Assembly (NCBI GenBank): GCA_028023455.1
Contig: JAQFVV010000006.1
Span: forward strand, 8,680,001-8,744,000
Source: Epiperipatus broadwayi
Taxonomy: Eukaryota > Animalia > Onychophora
Length of the DNA: 64,000 bases
Reading direction: 5' to 3'
Of this stretch, positions 53,160 through 64,000 are shown in pieces. Below the pieces are notes generated by a model. That model ran no database searches. It was not told the origin of the DNA and worked only from the letters and a program-made list of their open reading frames with translations. The translations under genes and the position numbers were made by a program. Positions within the stretch are counted from its first letter, which is position 1; each line of letters begins with the position of its first letter.

Positions 53160-55830
53160 GTAAGTTTAGTTTAATAAATTTTTAGTGAATATGATTAACA
53201 AAGATATTTCTTAGTTAGATACCCGCATAGGTGTATTTTTTATTTAGATGAAATCTTAATATATGTTTAAAAGTTTGTTCTCTATTAATGCATGTAAGCA
53301 TTCATATTATGTCCGTAAAATATCTATTATAATTGCTAAATAAAAATGAATTATTGTAAGTGCTAGCATTCTTATAGAATGATAATCTAGTTTTTTAAAA
53401 ATATAAGAATGAACCAATTACATGCGCTGTGTATTTTGTTATGTGTAATTCCACACAGCTTGATCAATAAAAAATGTAAAAATTAAAATAATATGTTAAA
53501 CAGAATACAGTTGAAATAAATATATTATTAATAAAAGGTGAATGTAATATATTTTGGGAGCTTTCCTTATTTGAGTTTCCACAAACCGTCTCAAAATATT
53601 GTTGAAATCTTGTATTTTTTTGTTTAAAACAATCTTTTTTTTAACACAATAACTAATAATATGCGACAAAAAAATAACAGGCATTTTATTGTACTATAAA
53701 AGTTGTGATAAAAGATTGTTTTTATAGAGAAAAGAATAGAATAGCGAAATAGTTAGACGATGATAACATTTTGTTAAAATTACATTTCTCATTAATTACA
53801 ATACTCTAAAACTAAATCTTTCTTGGCCACACTTCAAGTTCTAATAATATGAATATAAAGAGAAAGAAAGTAATTTTTTGATTTTGAACACTTTAGATAT
53901 CTCTTTAGTGTAATTTAACGTATATACAACATAAAAGAGTAGCTACAGATTGTTTTTTTTTTTAATGTCAAATATTCCAGTCAAATGCTATTTCACTTAT
54001 GTGGGAATTAAATATTATCAGTAGGATCTGGTCCTCATTACCAGTTTATGATGTTTATTCCTGTTTTTAGTGTAAGAAGATCAATTAAAAGTTTATTAAT
54101 TATCTTAATTTTTATTGCGATAAATGTTATTTCTTAATAAAGTAGAAAATTTATGATGGAAAAATTTAATTTTTAAAAAAAAAAAAGGAATTTTTTCATA
54201 TGTAAAGAAATTTTAATTAAGAATTAATATTGCTTCTACACAAACAGAAGTTTATTAACTCTTACATGTTTTAAATAAATTTACTGCTTAAAGATTTTGC
54301 CACTAACAAAATTAATCTTAATCTAAATATTAATGAAGTTACAAATGTATCAGTTTGTATAGTAAACATCTTATATATTGTGATTTTTAAAATTTATTAT
54401 CTTAAAGTAGAATTTTAGTAATCAAAGCTGTATTTTTTTTTTTTAAGAATCGCTTATAATTTCTTTGCACATGCTAATGCAATGCTGCATGTGTATAAAA
54501 TAAAATGACATTAAAAATTTAAAAACTGATTTACAATTAAATAAAAAAAATTAAAAAAACGGCTTGCTGTAGCTTCTACATATGTTCATGTATAAATTGG
54601 ACTGTTTATCAGTTTTTAATTCACTTCAAATGGGTTATTTTCACTTTATTATTTTTGCATTTTATTCTGAATTTGTAAGTCTTCTGTTAAATCTGTTTCT
54701 TCAGCTGTTTAATCTGTAAAATATTTATCTAATGTAGTAAAATCTTGTTGCGTCTATCTCTTGTTTTTTTATTTTCCCACATATTTCCAGTTTGTCTTTG
54801 GTTCCCAAACTGGTCCTATGTGAAAATTACTATTCTCTGTCTACCAATTTTCAAAACTATCCTTTTATTATATTAATCTTTGGCTGGCTAGTCACAAACC
54901 TGAAGCAACATTTTTCTACGTAATTGAAGTTTTTTTTAATTTGAAAAATGGCATCGGGCATTCTCTGCACTGTGTGTTTTTGTTTTTGTTTTTTGCATTA
55001 ATTAAAAACTTAGCAATGCCTTTGTGAGAAATAACGAACATTTATGAGTGCATCACTTTTGAGCTTTAGTTAATTGCAAAAGGTTGAGTGCATACTGTTT
55101 TGCTTCATAATTTCGTCCTTTACCCCGGCCTATATTTTTTTTTCTGTTAAGTATAATATTTATTAAAATTAAAGAATATAGAGAACCTGAAATTGTGCAA
55201 GAAATTGATCACAGCATGAAGAACTGATTGAAGTGTTCTACATCTTGAAAGCCCGTTCTTGTAACTGAAACATAAAATTTATACAAAACTAATATCAATC
55301 ATTCAATCGAAATTGATATTTAAAAAATTAAAATCAATAACCTTATGGTATCTAATCTATTTACGTGTGTAATTATTGCGATATTACTTACAATTTGTAT
55401 ACACATTTTTTACATAATAAATGTGGAATGTTATCAGTTACAAATATGAATTGCAGTTAAAGCTAATAGTCAAATTGTATTTAGCGTGTACTTCAGTGAA
55501 TAGTAATCACATTATTCAAAACTTTTCTGCTATGGTTTTTCGGTATATGTTGTCTTAGTTTTCTTTGAGTTGTGGTTTTAGTGAACTTTTTTATAAGTTA
55601 TATTGTGCATGATATTTGACTACAATCATGTTTCTTTTCTTGTATATCAGGGAATGGGGAACCTCCAGCCTGCGAGGCAATTCCAGATCTCAATACGGCC
55701 TGAGATCATATTTAAAAACGTATATATGATGTCCTTATATAAAACTTGTATTTAAACAAGCGAGCAATGCAAGTATTGAATTAAGAACTAAGTCAAATAA
55801 AATATTCATTTTCTCAACTATATCTTTTTT

Positions 55831-56905
55831 TGATGTGATGTGATGTGATGTATTTGGCTTCTCCTTAAACGAAGTCAAGAATATCTCAGCAACTATGCCC
55901 AGATAAACCTGTTAGCCACTTTAATTTCCATTCCCCATTCTAAGTCTTTCCATATTCTGCCCCATCCCATTTCCACAACATAATCTTTGTCAACTCTATG
56001 GCCTTTAAATCTAAATCCCCCTTATCTTTTCGCAAACCCAGCATAAAAACTAATAACTCACTTTCTGTATTGTCACTTTGTTCATACCTATTCTCCCATA
56101 ACTTCATTATCTGTACCCTTTCTGCTTTCAAGCATTTACATTCAATCAACAGATGCCTAATATTTTCTATACCTTCCTTACACAATTTGCACGCTAAATC
56201 ACCCATAGTTTTCCATTTACATGTATATTCTCTTGTTGCTAAAGATCCCGTTCGAGCCTTAAACAATAAACTACTTTCCTTACTATTATCATAAATTAAC
56301 TCGCTTCCAATATTCCGTTTACTTCTATATATATTTAAACTCTTCTTACCCTCCATACTACTTCTCCATCTCTCCAACTCCCTATTTTTTATTAATGCTT
56401 CTATTCTTTTATCCCATTCCTTACCACTATAACACTCAACAATCCTCCTAATATAATCATCCCACCTTTTATACAAGTATACCGATATAAATTCTTTATC
56501 CAAATCTTTCGCATACTGCATTACCTTTCTCACCCATCTTGTTACCTGCCTTTTACTCATAACCCAATTAAACACTATTTTGGCTATTCTTTTACTATCC
56601 ATAAACTGCAACTTACCAAACATTTTCATTTTACTTTTTGCATCTCTCATATAGAAACTTGACCATCCCATTTCTCCTTGAATTGCCTCCTTTGCTGTCC
56701 ACATCTCTGCATCTAATGCATGTCTTCCTACTTCCCTTTGTACTTTCTTTAAATAATCTAAAATCCTTTTACTAACACATAATGCATCATTACCATATGT
56801 TAACCCTGCTACTACAATTCCCTTCAATACAATTCTAGTTACATCATATTTATTATACGAAAATACTGTTAGTTTCTTTACCAAACCTTTTCTTTTCTTT
56901 GCTTC
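55831..56905 (-). mobile_element. 5'-truncated non-LTR retrotransposon (LINE): C-terminal ORF2 with a CCHC zinc knuckle, 3' UTR and (ACATC)n tail
   Basis: Open 314-aa ORF 55940..56884 with post-RT motifs (GLTYG, EAIQGEMGWSSF), C-x2-C-x8-H-x4-C (CKLC...H...C); (TGATG)4 at 55831-55850. Confidence 0.88.
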
Positions 56906-56960
56906 ATTTCCTGATTACATAAGATGATTCCCAAATACCTATTAAACATCACATAATCCC

Positions 56961-57268
56961 TAGTGCCACTCAGTGCCAACCAGAGGAATCAATGGATGCC
57001 AGAAGGCTTATGCATAAAATCGCTATCTAGTACCTACTCATCCAATATCCGCAGACTAGCTGGAGGGTTGCATTAGATCCTAAGATCTAAGTGCAGTGCT
57101 CTAAGATCCAAAGCTCCTCATTGACGAAGGCCACAAACCAGAAACTAGTCTGGAGATATTGGATGAGTAGGCACTAGATAGGGATTTTATGCACAAGCCT
57201 TCTGCATCCATTGATTCCTCTGGTTGGCACTGAGTGGCACTACTGTATGGAGAGTTTTGCCTGTTTTA
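56961..57268. mobile_element. Family A inverted pair (antisense 56961-57059, sense 57060-57268)
   Basis: The arms are reverse complements. The sense HHR core reads TTGACGA...GAAACTAGTC. Confidence 0.88.
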
Positions 57269-60200
57269 TATATTTTTGTCTTCAATCTTTATAATAGTTC
57301 TAGTTCATTCTGTCAGAGGCACAATAGTCCAACAATTTATAATGCATGGTCTATCTGGCAATGAATTTAATGTACAATGCTGAGAGCATTTTGTTTTTAT
57401 AGTGATTTTCGCAGATAAACGTATACTAGTAAAAGTAAAACTTGAGCTTAATTTATTCTATTGTCATTATTTTTCATTTAGTTTTTTTTTTATTATTATT
57501 AGGCTGGCTACACTGAGTAAGATAAGAAACATTGACAAAAATTGCTAATTTCAAAAGAAATGTATCAATGTATACTTCTTTTTTTTTTATCGAAATAGAA
57601 AATCAATGTGCCTGATTATATCTGGAAGTAATTTATTTAATAAAGAACACAGTGTTAATAGGCACTGTTTATCAAAACATTCTGATTACAACAAAATTGC
57701 TGAGGTGGAAAATAATTTTAAAATGGAAAATCTGAAAAGAAGCATCATCAAATGGCTGACAGGTTCCATAAAAAGTATAAATAAATCAGAAAATTCTGTG
57801 TAATCAAGGTTACATTATTTCCAAAAAAAAAAAGCAGAAAATTCAAAACCAGTTTTTGAAGGGGACTTGATAAAAAATGACATCCTAGTTTCTGTAGAAT
57901 TAATCTGTTCAGAATAGAATCTGTTCAGAATAGAAAAGAAATTTGAGTATTACAAGACGAATGATGTTACTTTATTTTTAATTTATAAAAAAAATGTGAC
58001 CCTCATTTAAAAAGATAAATTTGAAATTGGCCTGCAAGTTGATGAAAAGATTGCCTATTTTCAATGATTGGGGATACATTAATAATGTTTTTGGTCAGAT
58101 GTAGCAGACTAATTTTTAAGCTGATAATTTTGTATAGCTTCTGAATGATATTATAAATATGCAAATGCATTTTGGTGGCAAAAAGCTCCACTTTTGCTAT
58201 ATATGAATTTAGTAGTAAATACCATTTTGTTAATATGGGGGAATGGACAATGCTTATATTTTGTTCCGAATCCTCACGTTCAACGTGTATATAGTGTATA
58301 ATAGTTCATTTTTTCGTTAATAAACATTGATTAGAATAGAATACGTATTGTTAATTAAGTGTACAGTATTCAGCACGCACATACTACATATATAACACAG
58401 ATGTTTTTTATATGGGTGGTATGCATATAAATCAAGATTACTGTACAAACAAAATTTTAAAAATAATAATAATATATTTATTAATAATAAATTGTGGGGG
58501 CACATTTATATATATTTTACTGAGTGTGAGGGTTCACTCATGCATTCACTAAAGCAATACGAATAAAAAAAAATCTTCTCTGTGGTCTCTTTTTACTTTT
58601 CTCTTCTGATATTGGCCAGTGACTTTACAAGTTTGGCGGCAGTTTTTGAATCTTTAGTAGACAAAAGTTGTCCATAAAGATTACTACTGATTTTCTTCTA
58701 ATCTAGAATGAATTGCTTTTGATATCCACAAAAGATGAACTCCAGCAGCTATCATTATGATTTTGTCTAATTTATCACAATAAGAGGAAATTGGAGAGAT
58801 TATATTAATATTCTTCTCAAGGTATCCAATGCGGTATATCAATTTCATTTAACTTTTTTTAGATTCCACCAGGAGTAGCATGACTTTCAGCTATAGGAAT
58901 GTGGATTCCAAAAGTGATTCCACTTAATTTATTTTAACCATGGGGGGGTCCAATATCAATAGCTCGGTAAGTAATCGCGGGACATTTTTTGTCAAAAGAA
59001 AGAAATCCGGAATTGTTTCTGTTTGTCATCTGACTAAATTGAATGTACCTCCTTGGCATTGTAGAGTAAATGCATGTTGTTTAAATCTATTCACTATTAA
59101 AGTTGACAACCTGCTTGATTTTCATTTACATATTAACAAAGAGTACTATGTAAATTGAAATTTCCTAAAAATAAAAGAAAGCCCAAGATCTAGAAGAGGA
59201 AGATAGGGCCAGTTTGCATTGAAAGAGTTATACATATTGCACATGTAAAAGTTATCTTATCTGAATTGTGATTGCAATATTAATTGAACTATCTTAAATC
59301 AGAATTGCTTGTTTTTTATATGATGGTTTGAAACAAAAGTAGCCATATATTGTTCACAGAACTCAGATTCTATCGATAATCTTAAGAAGATGTACATTAT
59401 TAGAAGAAGGATAAATCTCCTGAAGCCAACATTATGCTGCACAATTAATTTGTAGATCTCTATTTTTGATTTTAATATGCTCACAATAGATGCTTCTGAA
59501 GATCCATTTTCGAAATTTACATATTCCATACTACTATAATAGTTACTAGAGAACTAGTTGTACGGAGATTGGACTAATAGATAATTTGAAGATGTCCATT
59601 GTCATTCATTAGATCACCAATCTACTGCTTTTAATCTGGTACAATTGTGTTTTGGTATGTTTTTAGGGACAAATGTAGAAGAGCGGTGAATCATTAGTGG
59701 TATATGATTTTAGCACTCATGTTTGGGAAGTTTGAGTACAGCTACAAAAATGAATTATATGCCAATGGTGCTAAATCCATAACTGGTATTACGATAATGA
59801 TTATTCGATGATGTAATTTAATCATTTTTATTTCAGTTGTAGTGATTTTAGAACATTAAGCTTCCTTTTTTTTCTTTTGATTCCATCTCTATAACTAGCT
59901 AAGTTAATAGCTTTTTTGCAATGTTTCAGTTACATATAGGATGGTATCCATTATAATCTTTATTTTAATAATGATTTTTGATCTGTAACTACAGAATTTG
60001 TGTATGTGTGAGAATCTAATTAAATGTCCTTAGCTATTTTACGTAGTTAGGCATATGAAGAGAAATGGTAATGATTAGAAGGGATATGTTTTTTTACATT
60101 TGTAATATTGATGGTATTGCAAAAAGATTTTGATTCTAAACCCTTTATTAGAATTTATTGATTTAAGCATGTGTAAGGCCAGATCTTTTTAGTCACTCTT

Positions 60201-60667
60201 ATAGTTGAGAAATTTAGTTAAGACTTCGTTCACTATATTATTAATAGTATGTAGAATTATGGGGGCGATTATTTCTGTCAGTTATTGTTGTTAACAGTGT
60301 AGCAAAACCATAGGTGAATTGGCTATAAATGCAATTTTTATGTTCAAGTTTATTTAAAACATCAGAATAGATTCAAAGATGTATGATTTTATTTTTCTCC
60401 ATTTGCCGACCCAAAATAATTGGAAGAAAAGGGCTAAGAGGCAAAAATGTTCATTTATATTAGCTTTATTAACAATCATACCAAATATACTTTATGTTAG
60501 ATTTGTTAGTGTTAGTACAATTTTAACAGTTTATTTATTTATTCTAACCTGATTTTTTTGTTAGTCTGTATTGTTATTAATTAATCCCTTTGAGTTTATC
60601 ACTAACTTTAGTTTTTATAACCCACTATATGCAAGTCCCTTGTTGATATATATTTTTTTTATTACAG

Positions 60668-60765
60668 GTACAGAAGATCAATGTGAACCTCAGCCTATTC
60701 CATCATTTTTGCTGGGTTACGATAAAGATTGGATGTCTTTATCACCATTTGCTGTCAAGTATTGG
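60668..60765 (+). CDS. MED13: MED13 internal exon ([32 protein letters not shown])
   Basis: TTACAG acceptor, GTATGT donor; matches MED13 EP.PIP.FLLGYD.D...LSPFA..YW. Confidence 0.97.
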
Positions 60766-62838
60766 GTATGTGTTCCTATAATTCCTAATAATGGTTTCAT
60801 AATAATTTATTTGTAATAAAAATTGCTTCTACCATGTCGCAAGATTTTTCTCTGAGCACTTACGATTTGTTATATTATTCTAATAAAGTATTACTGTTTT
60901 GCTGCATTATTTTTGCCGCATTTATTATTTGTCATTATTTTTATATATATAAACATTAATTATATTTTTAGTAATTCATGTTGTTTAATTAATGCACGCA
61001 GTTAAATTTACACATATAAGAAGGTCTCCTACAACAAACCCAACATATTTAGAAACAATTTTTTCCAGATTCTAAGCCTAGAGCCAAATTACGATTTGAT
61101 TTAATCATTTAATTAAGAAAAATACAATTGAAAACTATAAATGTAAAAACACATAAATTTATTTATGTATACAAATTCTAAGTTTTAGATAACCCTGTAC
61201 TGTACATGTAAATTTGAAAGCTCAATTTTGAAGAAAATTAAAATTGAATAGTTAAAAGCATAAAGCAATAAAAATCATAGAAAGTTACAAATCGTTGATT
61301 TAATCATTATTTATACAGAACTTCATTTTCTCGCAAGTCTTGTAAAATATGACAAAGATGTCTAACCTATTTTGCATATACGTACTATATCGGTCATTTG
61401 CATTCGATATACCAATCTAGTGTAATGAGAAAAGAAGTTCATTGTACGATTTATTCATTCTAGAAACAAAAGCTAGAGCAGACTACTTTACTATTGATCA
61501 TATGACTTTTTCAAATCATATGTATCAGAACATAAAGATTCCATTTCAAAAGAAAAACGAAATGTGTAATTACTGGTGCATTGATTTACTCATTTGTATG
61601 TAAATAGTGTTATTGATAAGCAGACTGTATCCATACTCCAATTGCTGTGGCTGCATTTTCAAAAATTGATACCATGAGCACTTCTGTTGCTTATTTTTGT
61701 AGCGTTTCATTTTCTGTGCCAGAATCCCTAACCTCATACTTAGTAAAGTTTTCCAATTATGCTTTATTAGTCTATCCAGTATTACTGTTAGACCATACCT
61801 TTTTTAATCTCTATGCATGTAATTTGGAAAAATTTGATTTCAGGATGCTCTGATCGTACTAGCAACATACGTGTAATATTTTTGTTCCAAAATTGTTTAA
61901 ATATAGATTTTTTTTTATTTTTTTTTTAATAAAATTTCTTAATTCTTGATGTCGAGATAGTAAACTTCCAATTTTATTATTACTTTTTGATTCCATCGAC
62001 TTTTGATGTTGGAAGGAAGAAAATACCTATCGTAAAGCAAGTCGAATGTTATTAGATTTAAAAAAAAAGAGCAATAATGTAACTGACCAACGATAACATT
62101 TATTCACTACCAAATTATGTTATCAAACAAAAGCATTTACCATGAAGGTTATGTTTCTTGCAAAAAAGCTTTAGAGGTTTGCAAAAATGTGAAAGAAAAA
62201 GTATTTGAAAATTTTTACAGTGATTCAGGTTCAGATTGCATTCATAAAAATAAATTAATTAGTTAAATTGCAATTCTAAGTTTGCATAAATTCTAACTAA
62301 GGATCTGCAGTTTAATGATTTCTATTGTGCGACTTGGTACTGACCCTGTCTTTGTAAAAAAGGGATAAAATTCTGGCCCTATATGTGTAAAAAAGGGATA
62401 AAATTTTCTAAGTGCCTTCTGCTACAATCTTTCCTTTCATTCTAAAGATTTTTTATTTTTTGCTTGGATTTAGTACTTTATTGTGTTGTCTTAATTAATT
62501 ATATGTTTCAAGTACTTAATTTGAGTTTTTTCCCTGCCTTTTATTTTTGTTATACTTCATTGTGAATTTTTTTTAAAAACTTTTTCTTAAACTATTAGAA
62601 ATTATTTTTGTAATGTATTTTAATCTTCATGATTGTGTGTCTTCTTAATTATCTCTTTGTAATATAAATATAGTCACTCAATCTATTGTTTTTCAAGTGA
62701 CCACAGGAATGAAATAAAAAAACTATAAATATATAAAACAATTGAACGTAAGTTTATTAAAAACTAAAGATAAGAAGTGATTTAGTGATTGATATAAGTT
62801 AGCTATTAAATTTTAAATACAATTTATTTATTATAGTC

Positions 62839-63299
62839 CAGGAGTGGGCAATTGTTCTGTCTTGGGGGCCACAGAGGTTGGCGGAGGGCCGCATCGGGGG
62901 CCACTTTGTGGAAGCGAAGGTTATTCGAAGGCCGCACCTTTTTTTCATGACACAATAACATTGCTTTATTTTCTGTATTACCAAAGAAATATTTGTTTGT
63001 CCATTCTTCATTAAGCACACGACATTCATCACCGATTTTACATTTTTTCAGAGGGTTCATGGTTCACTAAAGTTGGAAATGTATATATTTGCTAATGCAA
63101 AGACAAAATTGAAATTAACCAGATCAACTGGAAAAGCACTGCACATCGTATCTACACTGTGCACGTGTATTAACATGGCCATCCTAGTGGAAAATACGGG
63201 ACGAAACTTTGGTCATTCACGGGAAGGAAATCTCAGTTCAAGACAGTTTTTTCTGATTGTCTTGGTGGGCCGCCTCGGGCTGCTATTTGTCCACCCCTG
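62839..63299 (-). mobile_element. hAT (Buster/SPIN-like) internally deleted non-autonomous element
   Basis: Terminal inverted repeats (TIRs) CAGGAGTGGGCAA / TTGTCCACCCCTG (11/13 match). Internal N-terminal transposase piece KCKIGDECRVLNEEWTNKYFF. Left flank TTATAGTC (nnnTAnnn), right flank TTAGTC. Confidence 0.85.
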
Positions 63300-63551
63300 T
63301 TAGTCAAATACATTCAACACATCATTTGTTAAATATATATATTGTAATGATCGTAATCCCTTTCAACAACATAAATGACCAACCAACCGATGGGCAGCTA
63401 CCTACTCTTAGCTTAATCTTTCAAAAAGTATAATTAATCAACATGCAAAAACATCTTTTACATGAATAGTATCTCTTACCAAACCATTGCATATGTCCAT
63501 GAATATTCATCACATGATCACCATTCTTTATACTTATACAAGCTGTTTAGA

Positions 63552-63795
63552 CAGAGACAAAATTCTCTATACAGTAGCATCACTCGGTGCAAGCCAGGGT
63601 AATCAATGCTGGAAGATTTGTGTATAAAATCCCTATCTAGTGCCTACTCATCCAATATCCCAGACTAGTTTCTAGCTTGTGGCTTTCATCAAGATCCAGG
63701 TGTAGTGCTCTCAGATCCAAGGCTCCTCACTGATGAAAGCCAATGATTACTCTGGCTTGCACTGAGTGGTGCTACTGTATGGAGAGTTTTGCCTC
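63552..63795. mobile_element. Family A inverted pair (antisense 63552-~63692, sense ~63693-63795 with internal deletion)
   Basis: Terminal ~55 nt inverted repeats (GAGACAAAATTCTCTATACAGTAGC... / ...GCTACTGTATGGAGAGTTTTGCCTC). Confidence 0.85.
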
Positions 63796-64000
63796 TATTC
63801 ATTAATATTCATAATCTGTAATTAACGTTATACATGTGGCTAACATAATATCACAGTAAACAAAGTAATACTATAATCTAGATATTTCTTAGAGCTTTTA
63901 AAGACTTACATTTGCATGATAATGTTTTTCAGAATATGATTGAATGCAAATGGGCATTTTGCGATTTGCATCTGGTGCGTATTTTTTAGCATATAAGCAA

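Noticed and set aside
55648-55720. hAT-like TIR (CAGGGAATGGGGAACCTCCAGCC)
   Set aside because: No matching opposite terminus found, so an element could not be delimited.
58520-58960. Possible Harbinger/PIF transposase remnant on the minus strand
   Set aside because: Only a vague resemblance; needs a translated search.
61550-61860. Possible Mutator (MULE) transposase remnant on the minus strand
   Set aside because: One weak motif-like fragment only.
1-64000. CRISPR arrays, rRNA or intact tRNA genes, prokaryotic operons
   Set aside because: None seen; the repeats are dispersed or inverted eukaryotic TE-type, not regularly spaced direct repeats.

Overview
AT-rich eukaryotic (arthropod-like; inferred from the protein and repeat content) genomic DNA containing nine internal coding exons of a Mediator subunit 13 (MED13/skuld-kohtalo) gene on the + strand (18956-60765). 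The splice phases chain consistently. The start and end of the gene lie outside the window, and I found no convincing exon in the first 19 kb. The introns are full of mobile DNA. (1) A ~5 kb head-to-head palindrome of a 5'-truncated Penelope-like element (PLE; RT + GIY-YIG), 44652-49636. (2) Three unrelated non-coding dispersed repeat families (A, B, C; ~0.3-0.45 kb), each carrying a minimal type I hammerhead ribozyme (HHR) fold. A fourth, non-canonical (U3-A8) HHR candidate sits in the PLE 3' UTR. (3) A young 5'-truncated LINE with a CCHC knuckle, several RTE-like LINE remnants, a decayed hAT transposase and a hAT MITE. The most striking pattern is orientation: all six inverted pairs are head-to-head, every unpaired HHR-family copy is antisense to MED13, and sense-strand ribozymes occur only next to their own antisense arm. 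All RNA folds were paired by eye; no folding program, alignment or database search was run.
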